Assembly: GCA_973895155.1 (NCBI GenBank)
Contig: OZ316892.1
Coordinates: forward strand, 17,040,357-17,104,356
Length of the DNA: 64,000 nt
Direction: 5' to 3'
Source of the DNA: Marsupella aquatica
Lineage: Eukaryota > Plantae > Marchantiophyta
Shown here: positions 39,501 through 49,716 of the stretch, piece by piece
How positions within the stretch are numbered: the stretch's first letter is position 1
Layout of the letters: every line of letters starts with the position of its first letter
The notes under the pieces: model-generated
Database searches by the model: none
What the model saw: only the letters and a program-made list of their open reading frames with translations
Told to the model about the DNA's origin: nothing
Made by a program: the position numbers and the translations under genes

Positions 39501-40123
39501 GGTTCTTTTCGCCCCGATATTTTATCGGCATTAGAACCACCGCTGCCACTTGAACCTGGTTTCTTGAAAACAATTTTGCGGATAGGTTTGAACTCTTCAC
39601 CCACAAGTCTCTTGTACTCTGCGTTCACCCTTGGAAGCATGATGGCATCACAATCTTGCACATACTGGCCGATCCAAGCCGAACCCATAACATTCATCTC
39701 TCTTGCTGCCCGAACATCGGCAACAAGGGGATCTTCTGGATAACTGTCCATCGATTTCTCATCAAAGTTATCGAGAGTAACAATGAGAGATGTGAAACCC
39801 TTGCGCCCACACATTGTCAAGAAACTAAGGCCCTCTGTCAACACTTTTCCCTCCCCGTGGCCAACCATGAACTCGACGACGGCAACAGCAATGACAGGGC
39901 CATACGAAACATTAACCTTCGCCGATTTTTGCAACTGAACCCAAAGGATTGGGGTAGCACAGTCTTCGAAACCCGTGGACTGTAATCTGGCGTCATGGAA
40001 GTACCATGACTTCTTGATACACTTGACCTCTTCACAAATATCTTCACTTGTCCAAATTGCATTGGTGAGGCTTGTCATGAGACTTTCTGCCTCAGCAGAT
40101 CCACTCTTTCCACTAGCAGCCAT
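36558..40123 (-). CDS. ParB/Srx-like domain fused to a beta-class N4-cytosine/N6-adenine DNA methyltransferase; 3 exons, ~1050 aa
   Basis: Exons 40123-39155, 38992-37922 and 37670-36558 are joined by phase-0 GT-AG introns (GTAAGT/TTGTAG; GTAAGC/TTACAG) with no stops. Exon 2: IRPVDRLHVENIK..PFVLCVDP..YRIIGGNHGARA..HN (ParB/Srx-like). Exon 3: HVGDV..LAVADIPYG (motif IV) ... YQKPVGL..WFVSHFS....WVIDLCCGTGST..A.....RQGCAVD (motifs X, I, II), the motif order of the N6_N4_Mtase family. Confidence 0.88.
37714..37905. repeat. 75-bp tandem repeat (~2.6 copies) forming most of intron 2 of the ParB-MTase gene
   Basis: GAATGCTAAAGCC(A/G)ATAAAAATCTCGCGAT(G/A)GAGCA repeated; each unit has a degenerate palindrome C(G/A)ATAAAAATCTCG. 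Confidence 0.85.
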
Positions 40124-40343
40124 GGAAAAGTCTGCAAATAAACAAATTCCAATGCAAAGAGCGATAAAATTATCGCCGCCAATCTCACAGCACATGTGGA
40201 CACGACATCTCATCACACAAGGACAAAGAGACCGATAAAATTATCGCAAAAGTGAGCCTTCTTTAAATTGACGGCCGAGTGTACAGGTCGAAGAATCAGC
40301 TACGGAACCCTAAATCCAAAACCTTAACCCCTAAACCTAAACC

Positions 40344-40583
40344 CTAATCATAGTTGAACCTCGCCAGAGCGAAGCGTTCGATCCGCTTCTTGGGCCATTG
40401 GGGAATATGAGTGACGCGATGATCATAAGCCCACAGCCAATGGAAATTAACTTCACCAGTCTCAGGATTCACTACTGCTACTGAATACCGGTGTGACGGA
40501 ATGTCACAACAAGCATTTGTGCAGCATGGACAGATCTCACCATTGGCAAGGACGTTCGTCCACAGGCAACTTACATAGATCAA
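40344..40583 (-). CDS. Small Cys/His-rich cargo ORF; start uncertain, possibly a frameshifted or spliced continuation of the upstream ORF
   Basis: CLW...ICPCCTNACCDIPSH...HWLW; overlaps the stop of ORF 40580-41056 and ends at a telomere-like CCCTAAA tract. Confidence 0.35.
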   Translation of the reverse strand: MIYVSCLWTNVLANGEICPCCTNACCDIPSHRYSVAVVNPETGEVNFHWLWAYDHRVTHIPQWPKKRIERFALARFNYD

Positions 40584-41056
40584 GTTAAAGAGCCCACAGA
40601 CCGGTTGGGGGGGAGTTGACGAATCTTGTATGAATATAGTTTCCCACTAGTGTCAATAAAAAACTCGGTGGCAAGAGGATTGTCCAGCTCGTCAATCACA
40701 TCCTGAATCTCATCGAATGCTCTACGTCTGTTGTCGGCATAGAATTCTGGCTCATAAGCAGGATTGCCCTTCACAACATGACAGCAGTGGAGTATAAAAC
40801 GTCTTACTGCACCGGTTTTCAGAAAGAGTAGGATAACTCTTCTAGAAAATCCAACATATCTATCCCACCGAATATAAATTTCTCCCCCTACCTGATCTAC
40901 GTAGAAGTGAAATGCGTTATGGTAAAACGGTTTTACTACCAGCCTGCATATCTTTAAAATTAGTGACTCATCCAGCCTCCTTAGCTGGTCCAGCATGGCT
41001 CCATTCCCCCATTCTGGAGGATCCGGGAAGGGTACAAAAATGCGTCGCTCGAGCAT
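40580..41056 (-). CDS. Hypothetical transposon cargo protein, 158 aa
   Basis: ATG in GCCATG context just after a CAG acceptor; globular-looking composition; same strand as the other cargo genes. Confidence 0.55.
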   Translation of the reverse strand: MLERRIFVPFPDPPEWGNGAMLDQLRRLDESLILKICRLVVKPFYHNAFHFYVDQVGGEIYIRWDRYVGFSRRVILLFLKTGAVRRFILHCCHVVKGNPAYEPEFYADNRRRAFDEIQDVIDELDNPLATEFFIDTSGKLYSYKIRQLPPNRSVGSLT

Positions 41057-41348
41057 GGCCTGATCACCGAATAGAAATCAGGAATAAATTTTGGAGAACA
41101 TACTAATTACAATTCTACAAGTTTCATCCAACTTTATAGTACCTTGTATAACGGGCTGTGAAGCCAATGCACTTGTCAGCTAATCGTCCGAAGAGGCGCA
41201 AAAAAATACACTCTGGACCACACAACCCGAAGTCAGGGGAGGCAGAGTCAATTATATTCAAAGTGTTTCTTTACAAGCACCCAAAATCGACTAGAGGAAT
41301 GAGGAGTGCGATAAATTTATCGGATGTTCGCTGCAATGCCTCATCCAC

Positions 41349-41897
41349 TCAGACTCGTCCATGCCATGCAAGAATTGTCCGCTTCCCGCTTTCTCCAAGA
41401 TTTATCCAAACTCTACGAAACTGATCTAACTGCTCATACGAAAAGCACCCAAGCATATCTATGGGAGGGAGAAAATGAGTTTCCTCTCGGAAGACCCTAG
41501 CAATATGTAGGTTTGAGAGAAGGTCAGCATTAGGAATGCTTGCGAGCATTTTGTTTATGTCATTGATCTCACGGACTGCATATTTCAATAGCGCCCAAAA
41601 TCGTGTACCAACAACAAGATGGTTCCATTTCTTCGAGGTGGCTCCAAGACAAATGATTGTTCTCATTCGAGTCAGTCGTTCTTCTGGTAAAAGTTTTAGG
41701 TCAAGCCCAAGGTGTTCATCTTGTGTGCAAGACAAGGCTAGGAGGGGCCAAATGTGAGATTCAACGAGTTCATCGGGAAGTCCATTCAACAAACTTCCGC
41801 ATTCCACACCGGGCACTTTTCCTCGAATATATTTCCTACACTCGTGGGCTAAAACGGATCCCATCTTTGCAACGATTAGATTCTCCGATGTAGCCAT
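41349..41897 (-). CDS. F-box-like cargo protein, 182 aa
   Basis: LLNGLPDELVESHIWPLL....ICLGATSKKWNHLV matches the F-box pattern LPDEL...I...L......V.K.W..LV, with an insertion. Confidence 0.65.
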   Translation of the reverse strand: MATSENLIVAKMGSVLAHECRKYIRGKVPGVECGSLLNGLPDELVESHIWPLLALSCTQDEHLGLDLKLLPEERLTRMRTIICLGATSKKWNHLVVGTRFWALLKYAVREINDINKMLASIPNADLLSNLHIARVFREETHFLPPIDMLGCFSYEQLDQFRRVWINLGESGKRTILAWHGRV

Positions 41898-42091
41898 GAA
41901 GCAGAGCTACCAAAACCACCAATAACAATACCTTCAATCACCAGGTGTAACCGAACACATCCACAGTACCAACCTTGCACGACAGTTTAACGATTAGGAC
42001 TCGTGACGTATTATATTCGCTACGCAAGGGTAGGACTTGTTTATTTAAATATGTCCTTCCAAGATGCGCCTCAATGAAAAGGTCGAAACAC

Positions 42092-42421
42092 TCATCGTGA
42101 AAGGTTCACCCAAGGGTCTTCGTTCCAAATCTTACAACAAAAGTGAGCCTGTTTGTGGTACTTGTTGTCAAGACGACGACAACAATAGTTACAAGAAAAC
42201 TCCAAAGAATGTAAACACGCCGTTAACATCAACCTCGAACGAATTGGAACTCCTACATCATTCATTCCGCAGAATTCAATGCGGAGAGGATTCTGCCTAT
42301 CTCCAGGATCAGTACCACCCATCCACAATGCTCCTATACCGATGGGGAGAACTTTGAGTCGCACAAGTCTCTTGTACAACCGGCGTGCACGTTTGACATG
42401 ATTTTCAAGGAAGACAGCCAT
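42092..42421 (-). CDS. Small Cys/His-rich cargo protein, 109 aa
   Basis: ATG-initiated ORF containing ACLHSLEFSCNYCCRR...HKQAHFCCKIW, a possible zinc-binding module. Confidence 0.45.
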   Translation of the reverse strand: MAVFLENHVKRARRLYKRLVRLKVLPIGIGALWMGGTDPGDRQNPLRIEFCGMNDVGVPIRSRLMLTACLHSLEFSCNYCCRRLDNKYHKQAHFCCKIWNEDPWVNLSR

Positions 42422-45400
42422 TTGTCACAATACCTATTGTCCACGGAGTGCAATCGACCTTCCGTTGTGCCTCCTAAACCCGGCAACACTGCGACATCAG
42501 AGATGAAGATGAGTCTCCAAACAAAACAAAGGAAAATGATTCTCACAGGAGGATGCGATAAGTTTATCGCACTCCGCATTCGAATTGAAAATATGACTTC
42601 CTCAGACACCTAAGCCCTGAATTCAATCTTTCACAAAAATGACAACTCCGATAAATTTATCGGATTCTCAATTACTCCTCTTTCCATGAAAGGAATGGAG
42701 ACTCCGATAAATTTATCGGAATGAAGGCAACACCTCTCTAAACACACTGGATCAAATGATTGCAACAGAGGAATGCAAAATGCGATAAATTTATCACAGT
42801 CCGCTCGGATCTAGACATTTTACACTAAATGACTAGTTAGTCTTACATGGAGAACTTGAACAGGAATGGCTGTTCCGATAAATTTATCGGGTTTTCGGTA
42901 GAAAGAGTTCAATCGCTTGGGAGGAATGTAAGACTTGATGGGAGTTTGGTATTCGCTCTCAGTCAGGAGATATTTGCTCTAGCGAAAGCAAACGTTTTAT
43001 GGGCAGCCCGCTCCTCTTTATATAGGAGACGCTCTAAACCATGGTTAATTTCCCCTTAACCATGGTTAAGTTTCCCTTTTACCTGGGTTAGTGCGTGGTC
43101 GTTCCTGGATTACGCGGTTCGGACCAAGTTACTCGCAGTTCGGACTTTTTCACTGACGGAATGTAAAACCCGATGCACGTATCGCTCCCTGCATTCCCAT
43201 GGCGATGCAATGGAGGAAAGTGGCATTTCGGAGAGTTTTTGCCAATTTTATCGGTCATTGCATTGCCTTAGAAAAAAAACGGGATCGGGCTAAACGAGAA
43301 CTCCGACACACTTCTCGGTCGGTCTGAAATCGTGTTAGCAATATGCTTTGGATGCGGAAGATGAAGAATTATATCGCGAAGATGATCCAGATACTCTTGT
43401 GGCTTTAGGAGCAAACATCAATGTGGATGAGGGAGACTTCCAAGTATAAATCCTCTCCTTCCACCACTCTAGTATGCAAAGTTCATTTTTTTATAATTAT
43501 AAACAAAAGAGAAAATGTTTGACCACCAAGTTTGTGGGTTTCTTGTACCAGGAGCCATCCATTGCCCCCGACTCTCAACCTACAGGAGCGGCTCCAACCG
43601 TTGCCCTTTGCCTTCTCTAGTTCCTGACTCTCAGCCTACAAGACCTCCGGACACACAACCGACTCGTAGAGTAGCACCTCGTCTTCCAACTACAGTTGCA
43701 TTTTTTGATCGCAACCTGGTGGCTACTTTTGTCATATACATGGATGTTTGAGGACTCCGAGAGTTGAGCGAGTGACCGAGTTGCATCAACTTTGGTCAAT
43801 TCACATTGGATGTGGGGAGGTTGGTCATGGTTGGACTTATATTACAGGCGAGAATGAGCCTGGGAGGTCTTCTCCTATGATTACCCCCCAGTTGTATCAT
43901 TCCACCCTTTGTGCAGGCCTCACCTATACCTCTTTGGCTGTTGTTGTAGCATACATCGGCTTACATGTTCCTACTGCAGCTCATTGGCACAACTTTCAAA
44001 GTGGTCGTGGACGTCCTCGGGGTGGATGGATAGCAGCTGTAAAACAACAATGGAATGAAAACAAAAGTCATATGTGGCAGCAGCTAAAGGATGACATTAA
44101 GCAGAGCCGAGCAACTAATACTGGTAAGTAATTGATCGTTATAGATCCTACTTGATTTTTTTGGGTACTCAAGGGTTATGCTCTTCTTACCAATTTTTTG
44201 GTTTGATCTGGTTCTCATAGTTTGTATATATGCTTTGTAATGACAGACCCTGGATTAGTGGTGTACTTGGATACTCGATGGGATTCTTCGAGGAGCGGTT
44301 ATCATGGTACCACCTCTCTCCTCAATGTTGAAGATAATAGGGTAATTGAGATGGTTACAATTACCAGGAGAGAATAGAGAAATGCTTGGCACATGGAGGA
44401 CAAGGGTACTCAAAGGGCACTAGATAATTTGAGAGAGGCAGGGATCTTTATCACTGAGGTCATCCATGACGACAAGGCCACTATTGATAACATTGTGGAG
44501 AACATGGGAATGCGGAACCAGAAAGACTTGTGGCATAAGGCCAAAAACCTTATCAAGAAGTTTGTGGAGAAGATGGTGAGTGCCACCTACACTGTGACCA
44601 TTGACATTGATACAGCTGCATCTCGTTCTGAGTTGCAACCAGTTACGGCTAAGAAGTTGCAAGACTGGTTGAAGGCTAGGGGTGTGAGAGGGTACTCTGC
44701 CCTTAGGAAGGAGGCACTTGTCCATAAAGTTGGGGACATGCGTGGGTTGCCACCTGGAGAATTGATACATATTGCAACACGTGGCCTCAAGTACCCAGAG
44801 CTGTCTCAACACAACATTGCCACAAAGTTGAAGACATGGTTCTACGTATGTTGTCGGCGATGTAAGAGCAGGTATGCATAATATTGGATAGGGTGTGAAT
44901 TTTGAGGTTTTACATTTGTAGGTGTACTAAGTGTGGGATGGGTAACTTACATATTATTTCACAAGACTAAGTAATTGGAATGTCCATTATGCAGTGGGGG
45001 AGATGCTGCATCCTTGGCCTTTGAGTTGGGTAACTGTGGTGATCATTGGGCCGGCGATCACAGATTATGTGCGAGACTATCTGATTGACCATGTCAGCAT
45101 CTTGAGGAGCCGGGGGCCATCCAGCTTGACCGTTACTATGAGAATGGTAAAATTTGTGTTGACTTATGTAATTCTGTTGTGAAATATGACTTGGTTAGGT
45201 AAGCAAGATTGCATGTTATGCATGACTTATTATTGACTTTTTTTTGTACATGTAGGTGGCGAGACTCATAAGGCCATGCAAAAGTTTCTGAAAAAATACA
45301 TTACTCCCGAGAAGATGAGGTTTTATACCATGGCCCGGGAGAATTTCATGTCAGAGACTTACCATTCCATGATGGGCAAATATGCGACAAAGCGCATTCA

Positions 45401-46768
45401 TTTCTCAGCCAGTCACGAGGCCCGTTTGTGTTGTGCTACCATGGATTGGAACGAGAATATCAGAAGGCATGTCTGGAATGTGGATATGCTCGCACACCCG
45501 TGAACATTGCTATCAGGGAGCGCCCTCCTCGAACAAGAGTATTGGTGGACCGGACCACTAGTTGGAAGGACGCTACAAGTGAGCGCATTTATGGAGTGTC
45601 ATGTCCATGAGGTAAAGAATATTGACTAAATTTGACTGGTACAAGGAAATGTAAGGATATAGCGCTTGTTCATGATAATTCTAATATATTGTACTGAGTT
45701 TTTGTTGTAGGATGATTTCATGACATCCTATGGAGATAGTACCACCCAAGTATTGTGTCCAGATAAAGTCAGTGTACATATGGAGCGAGACCTCCATATA
45801 AGACCTCGGCTAACATATCTCATGTGAGTGAAGAATTGTTCAGGATTTTTTTGCATTCGAAAACCTAGTTTGGAATGGATCTTGTAATTTAGGGTATCTC
45901 TTATGTTACCTCTATGCTAATTTATTCCATACCAATGTTGCAGGGGATAATTTCCATGAGAAGGGCCGAGACCTGGCACCCATAGTGTTCCAACCATTTT
46001 CCAGTGTTTACCATCCTCAGACTGGAGGGATACAATGTTACTATGTTGACTGCTATGTCAAGTTTTTGTACTTATATAAAATGACTTGTATGTCATGTTT
46101 TTGTCTATCATGGCCAAACAACCTTATATGGTTAGGAGTCTTTACTTGATTTGTGGTTTGCTTGGGGGGGGTTTGTGCTTTGAAGTCCTATGAATTAGAC
46201 TCAGTTTATAACTTGGCCACCACTAAATAAAAAGCGAACACAAGAACCCCTAAATTGTGGAATATAATTGGTTTTCTTTGCCTAGTTTTGTGGAAAATGT
46301 GACATTGGGAGACTCTTCATGGCCAAACAAACAATTGGAGTTGTTTCCCTTTTTTGTATGAGATGTTACCACTAAAACTATAGAGTGTATGTATTTCAAC
46401 ACCTTTTGAAAGGGGAGAAAAGAACATTGAAATAAACTGAAGCAAAAATGCAGAATGACTCGCAGAGTGAAGTATGTCAATAAGGTGAAGACCCTGTAAA
46501 TCTATACTCAAGTGTGACATGGACTATACTCAAGTGTGACATGGACTCCCAAAGGGAATTTGGCACCTCTATCATGCATCAACCAGTATCAGTTATACTC
46601 TTCCATAAGGTTGGCAATGACTATGAACGGCATTTTGTGCTATAGAATGTACTCCCAAGAGGAATTGAACCTCTTACGCTGCCTGCCAGCAGGACTTGTT
46701 CTGCAAGAACATTTATTAGTAGTGTAGCAAATTGCAAGGAGAACATCAACTTTGGCACCATAATGTCT

Positions 46769-47173
46769 CTAACTAATTAGGGAGAGGAATCCTACAAATT
46801 CCTCCCTTTCATCATGCCAAGTTTCTTTCACACAAGTTTTGACTGCTTCAGGAAACTTAGTTCTATCGGCAAAGCCTGCCACATAGGCCAAGTGAGTGTA
46901 AACCTGAAATTGTTTTCTTCTCATGACGGTCTCTGCATAAGTGTATGCAGCACACAAGATGAATTGTTCTACCGCAATTGCTGGATTGAGATCAGAATGA
47001 CATTGTCTAACTACGTTGCAAAAGTCTGGAAAATCTGTTTGGACCTCTTGCAATGTGACAGTCCGAACAGTGGGCGGAGAACCCTCAACATGATTTGGAT
47101 CCTGCCAAGACAATTTGTAAACTCCATCTGCATGTTCAGTCAACATGACTTTCAACTTTCTAACTGGTGCCAT
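46769..47173 (-). CDS. KolX-like accessory protein of copy 2, 134 aa
   Basis: Intact paralogue of 14659-15057 with mostly conservative substitutions. Confidence 0.7.
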   Translation of the reverse strand: MAPVRKLKVMLTEHADGVYKLSWQDPNHVEGSPPTVRTVTLQEVQTDFPDFCNVVRQCHSDLNPAIAVEQFILCAAYTYAETVMRRKQFQVYTHLAYVAGFADRTKFPEAVKTCVKETWHDEREEFVGFLSLIS

Positions 47174-47629
47174 CTTCTTGCCGTGAGAAATTAGAGTGAG
47201 AAATTCAATATCCCCAAAGCTTCAGAATTTTACCAAATGTACCACATTCACGATTGTATATTGAATGCCAACAAAATTGAAGCCTCTGCCACGAAAAGCT
47301 TTGCTTGGCCAAACGAGAATCGATCTGAAATAATAACAAACCAGCAACAAGGAGCAATAGCAAGTTCTTGCTGCAACAGGAACAAGCAGCATCGAGCAAT
47401 CACCGAACCAGGTAGCTCCAGCAATGGCAGCAGCTATGTACGGCAACCGAGCAGCAGCGAGCACCAAACAGGGCCAAAATTGTGCACTATGGCAAAACGG
47501 AGCTTTTGCTATGGCAACGGAGGAGAAGTGAGCTCACAGCCATGAGTAGCGACTTCAAAACCAGCCGCAGCGAGCAGAAATAGAGGGCCCTAGCAAAATG
47601 AAGCTCTAGCTGTGGCAGTGGAGCAGCAG

Positions 47630-48600
47630 CGAAGTAGCAGCCGAGCAGCAGCAACAACCAAGAAGCAGCCTACTAGCAGCAACAGTCGAGCAACAACAGG
47701 AGTAGGCCGAGCAGCAGCCTTGATTGAAGCTTCCGGTCCTTCAACAACCGAGCTGAGCAGGAGCTGAGCAGCAGCCGAGCAGCAGCAACAACCAAGAAGC
47801 AGCCGACCAGCAGCAACAGTCGAGCAACAACAGGAGTAGGCCGAGCAGCAGCCTTGATTGAAGCTTTCGGTCCTTCAACAACCGAGCTGAGCAGGAGCTG
47901 AGCAACAGCCGATGCCTCTCCTCCAAGAAAAGTATGTCCTCCGACCGGCAGCTCATGAACCTATGGCAGCCTTCAATCGAACAAAAACCGGTCCTTCCTC
48001 CCAGCAGCACCCTATGAAGATCAGATCAAGCTATTCGAGCTTGTAGCAGCCAATGTTGCAGCAACTACCAGCAGCTGATGTTGCAGCAACTCGCAACAGC
48101 ACCCTGTCAAGAGCAAATCAAGCTATTCAAGCTTGCAGCAGCTGATGTTGCAGCAACTCGCAGCAGCACCCTGTCGAGAGCAAATCAAGCTATTCAAGCT
48201 TGCAGCAGCTGATGTTGCAGGAGCCGATGTTGGAGCAGCCAATAATGCATCAGGTATGAGCAATTTCAGATTTGGAGGGAGACAGCAACGAGGTGTGAGC
48301 AAGTTCAAGCAATGAGTTGAAGCAACAAATCAATTCAGCAGCAAGATCAAACACCAAATCGATTCAGCAGCAATAGCAAGCAGTGGCAGCCGAGGGCGCA
48401 ACGAGCAGAGGCAGCCGAGGGCGCAGCAAGCAGAGGCAGTCAGTGGCTGGCTGTGGCAGCCATATGCTCGAAGGGAGGAGGCCACACATTCAGCTGGGAG
48501 GCAGCAACGAGCCTCAGTAGCAATAGCCTCAACAGCAGCGACTTGAAGAAGCAGCGACTTGAAGAAGCAGCGACTTGAAGAAGCAGCGAGTTTCATGAAG
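47630..48600. repeat. GCA-rich tandem repeats in the right arm of Kolobok copy 2
   Basis: ~133-bp duplication at 47637-47910, ~63-bp units at 48023-48230, and 15-bp GCAGCGACTTGAAGA x3 at 48536-48590. Confidence 0.75.
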
Positions 48601-49381
48601 CAGCTTCAGCAACAAATCGATTCAGTGGCAACAACAACTAGGGGCAGCCGATGCGCAACGAGCATGGGTACACTGTGGCTGGCTATGGCAGCCAAAAGCT
48701 CAAAGGGAGGAGTGCGAGCATGGGCAAGGCGGACAGGGCTATGGCAGCCAAAAGCTTGGAGGGAGGAGTGCGAGAGGAGGCCAGCAGCTCGCAGGAGGCC
48801 AGCAGCTCGTAGGGGTAGCTTTTCGCACTCTAGGGCTGGTGGGAGGGAAGGGGGAGTGGCCCTACTAACCCCGGTTAGTCCCTCGGGTTTGAACGACACT
48901 TTGACCCAACGGGCAAAGTGGCACGAGCGGGGGGCAGGGCTCGGGGTCCTTATATACCCCGAGTTGTGGTTTAATGTCCTTGATGATTTTTTCCTTTGTA
49001 TTTTTCAGGGCATTTTGGGAGCATAACGCCCGGTCAAGGTCTGGATCACATCTTTACAAATATTCTCCTCTACTGAAACTTAGAAAAGATGAAAATCTCT
49101 CAGGCCTTAAAGTAGTAAGGTTGTGCTTCCAGATCATTCTGGGCAATACTGGCCCCTCAAAATGCGAGTTGAAGCTCTCCTTTTGGGGGCATTATATCCC
49201 ATAATGCCCTATGAACAAGACTTTGCCTTACACAAAAAACCCACTCAATTCTACTTACCTATCTCCTTCTGAATGGGGCTTTACAAGAGCCCAGGCCAAT
49301 CCAACTTCTATTGAGAGGATTTCGAGAGGATATCAAACCGTATTTTAAAAAGTGGATCAAGGGCTAATAAATGGTGATAAC

Positions 49382-49716
49382 TGTTAGGTATTGCTCTTAG
49401 TCTTGTGAGCTAATCACAATTAGGCTAACTCAGGTTAGGACTTAGCTAAGGTTAGCGATAGTGTTGTTGTGTATATTGCCAGGGCTGGTGCCAACCCCTG
49501 GTGGAACTAAGGCTCATTGTTACGGAGCTAGTTGAGAGATAGGGAGAGCTTGCGCTGTGAATGCTTGGTATGGCCGGTCGGCCTAGAAAGCAGTAAAGCT
49601 CTTGTGTGTTCCTGTGGTAGCCTCATGTGGAGGTGAACCACGTATCTCTCTGTGTCGACTCTTGTGCGTTGGATGGTTCATGGGCTTGCCGTTGCAAATG
49701 TCGTCTATGCTCATCA
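49382..49716 (+). mobile_element. Solo LTR of the adjacent copia family, opposite orientation
   Basis: TGTTAG...CTCATCA, reverse-complement-similar to the LTRs at 51190 and 57784. Perfect 5-bp TSD ATAAC at 49377-49381 and 49717-49721. Confidence 0.92.

Larger units (their letters stand above)
31550..43336 (+). mobile_element. 11.8-kb Sola-like TIR DNA transposon with cargo genes
   Basis: 25-bp TIRs AACACGATTTCGGACCGAACGAGAA / TTCTCGGTCGGTCTGAAATCGTGTT (2 mismatches). 4-bp TSD AGCA at 31546-31549 and 43337-43340. The empty site is visible in Kolobok copy 1 (ATTGCTGAGCAATATGC, ~11018-11034). A 4-bp TSD and the transposase motifs fit the Sola group. Confidence 0.9.
30631..45610 (+). pseudogene. 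Kolobok-type transposase of copy 2 (split by nested insertion; internal stop and frameshifts)
   Basis: First exon 30631-~30996 (MSTGGQPPDLPDGRRKRRPRGGG...). The exon DATESHVLDDILLEEDIAKQ|YALDAEDEELY is split by the 31550-43336 insertion. Later exons match copy 1, with a GAG>TAG stop near 44375 and an indel near 45480. Confidence 0.8.
29735..48970 (+). mobile_element. Kolobok-like DNA transposon, copy 2, interrupted by an 11.8-kb nested element
   Basis: TTAA at 29731-29734 and 48971-48974, termini ACCAC...GTGGT. High similarity to copy 1 at 29735-30590 and 43337-47300. Retains the 5' transposase exon that is deleted in copy 1. Confidence 0.88.

Noticed and set aside
39120-39743. 207-aa plus-strand ORF and other antisense ORFs over large genes and retroelements
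   Set aside because: They are shadow frames of real minus-strand coding sequence.
36558-40123. Bacterial or phage contamination as the source of the ParB-MTase
   Set aside because: The gene has canonical spliceosomal introns and lies inside a TIR/TSD-bounded element inserted in an exon of a eukaryotic transposon whose empty site is in the same window.
32087-42889. Palindrome copies as a CRISPR array or MITEs
   Set aside because: They are only 14 bp, irregularly spaced, lack TSDs and have no cas genes nearby; they fit protein-binding sites better.
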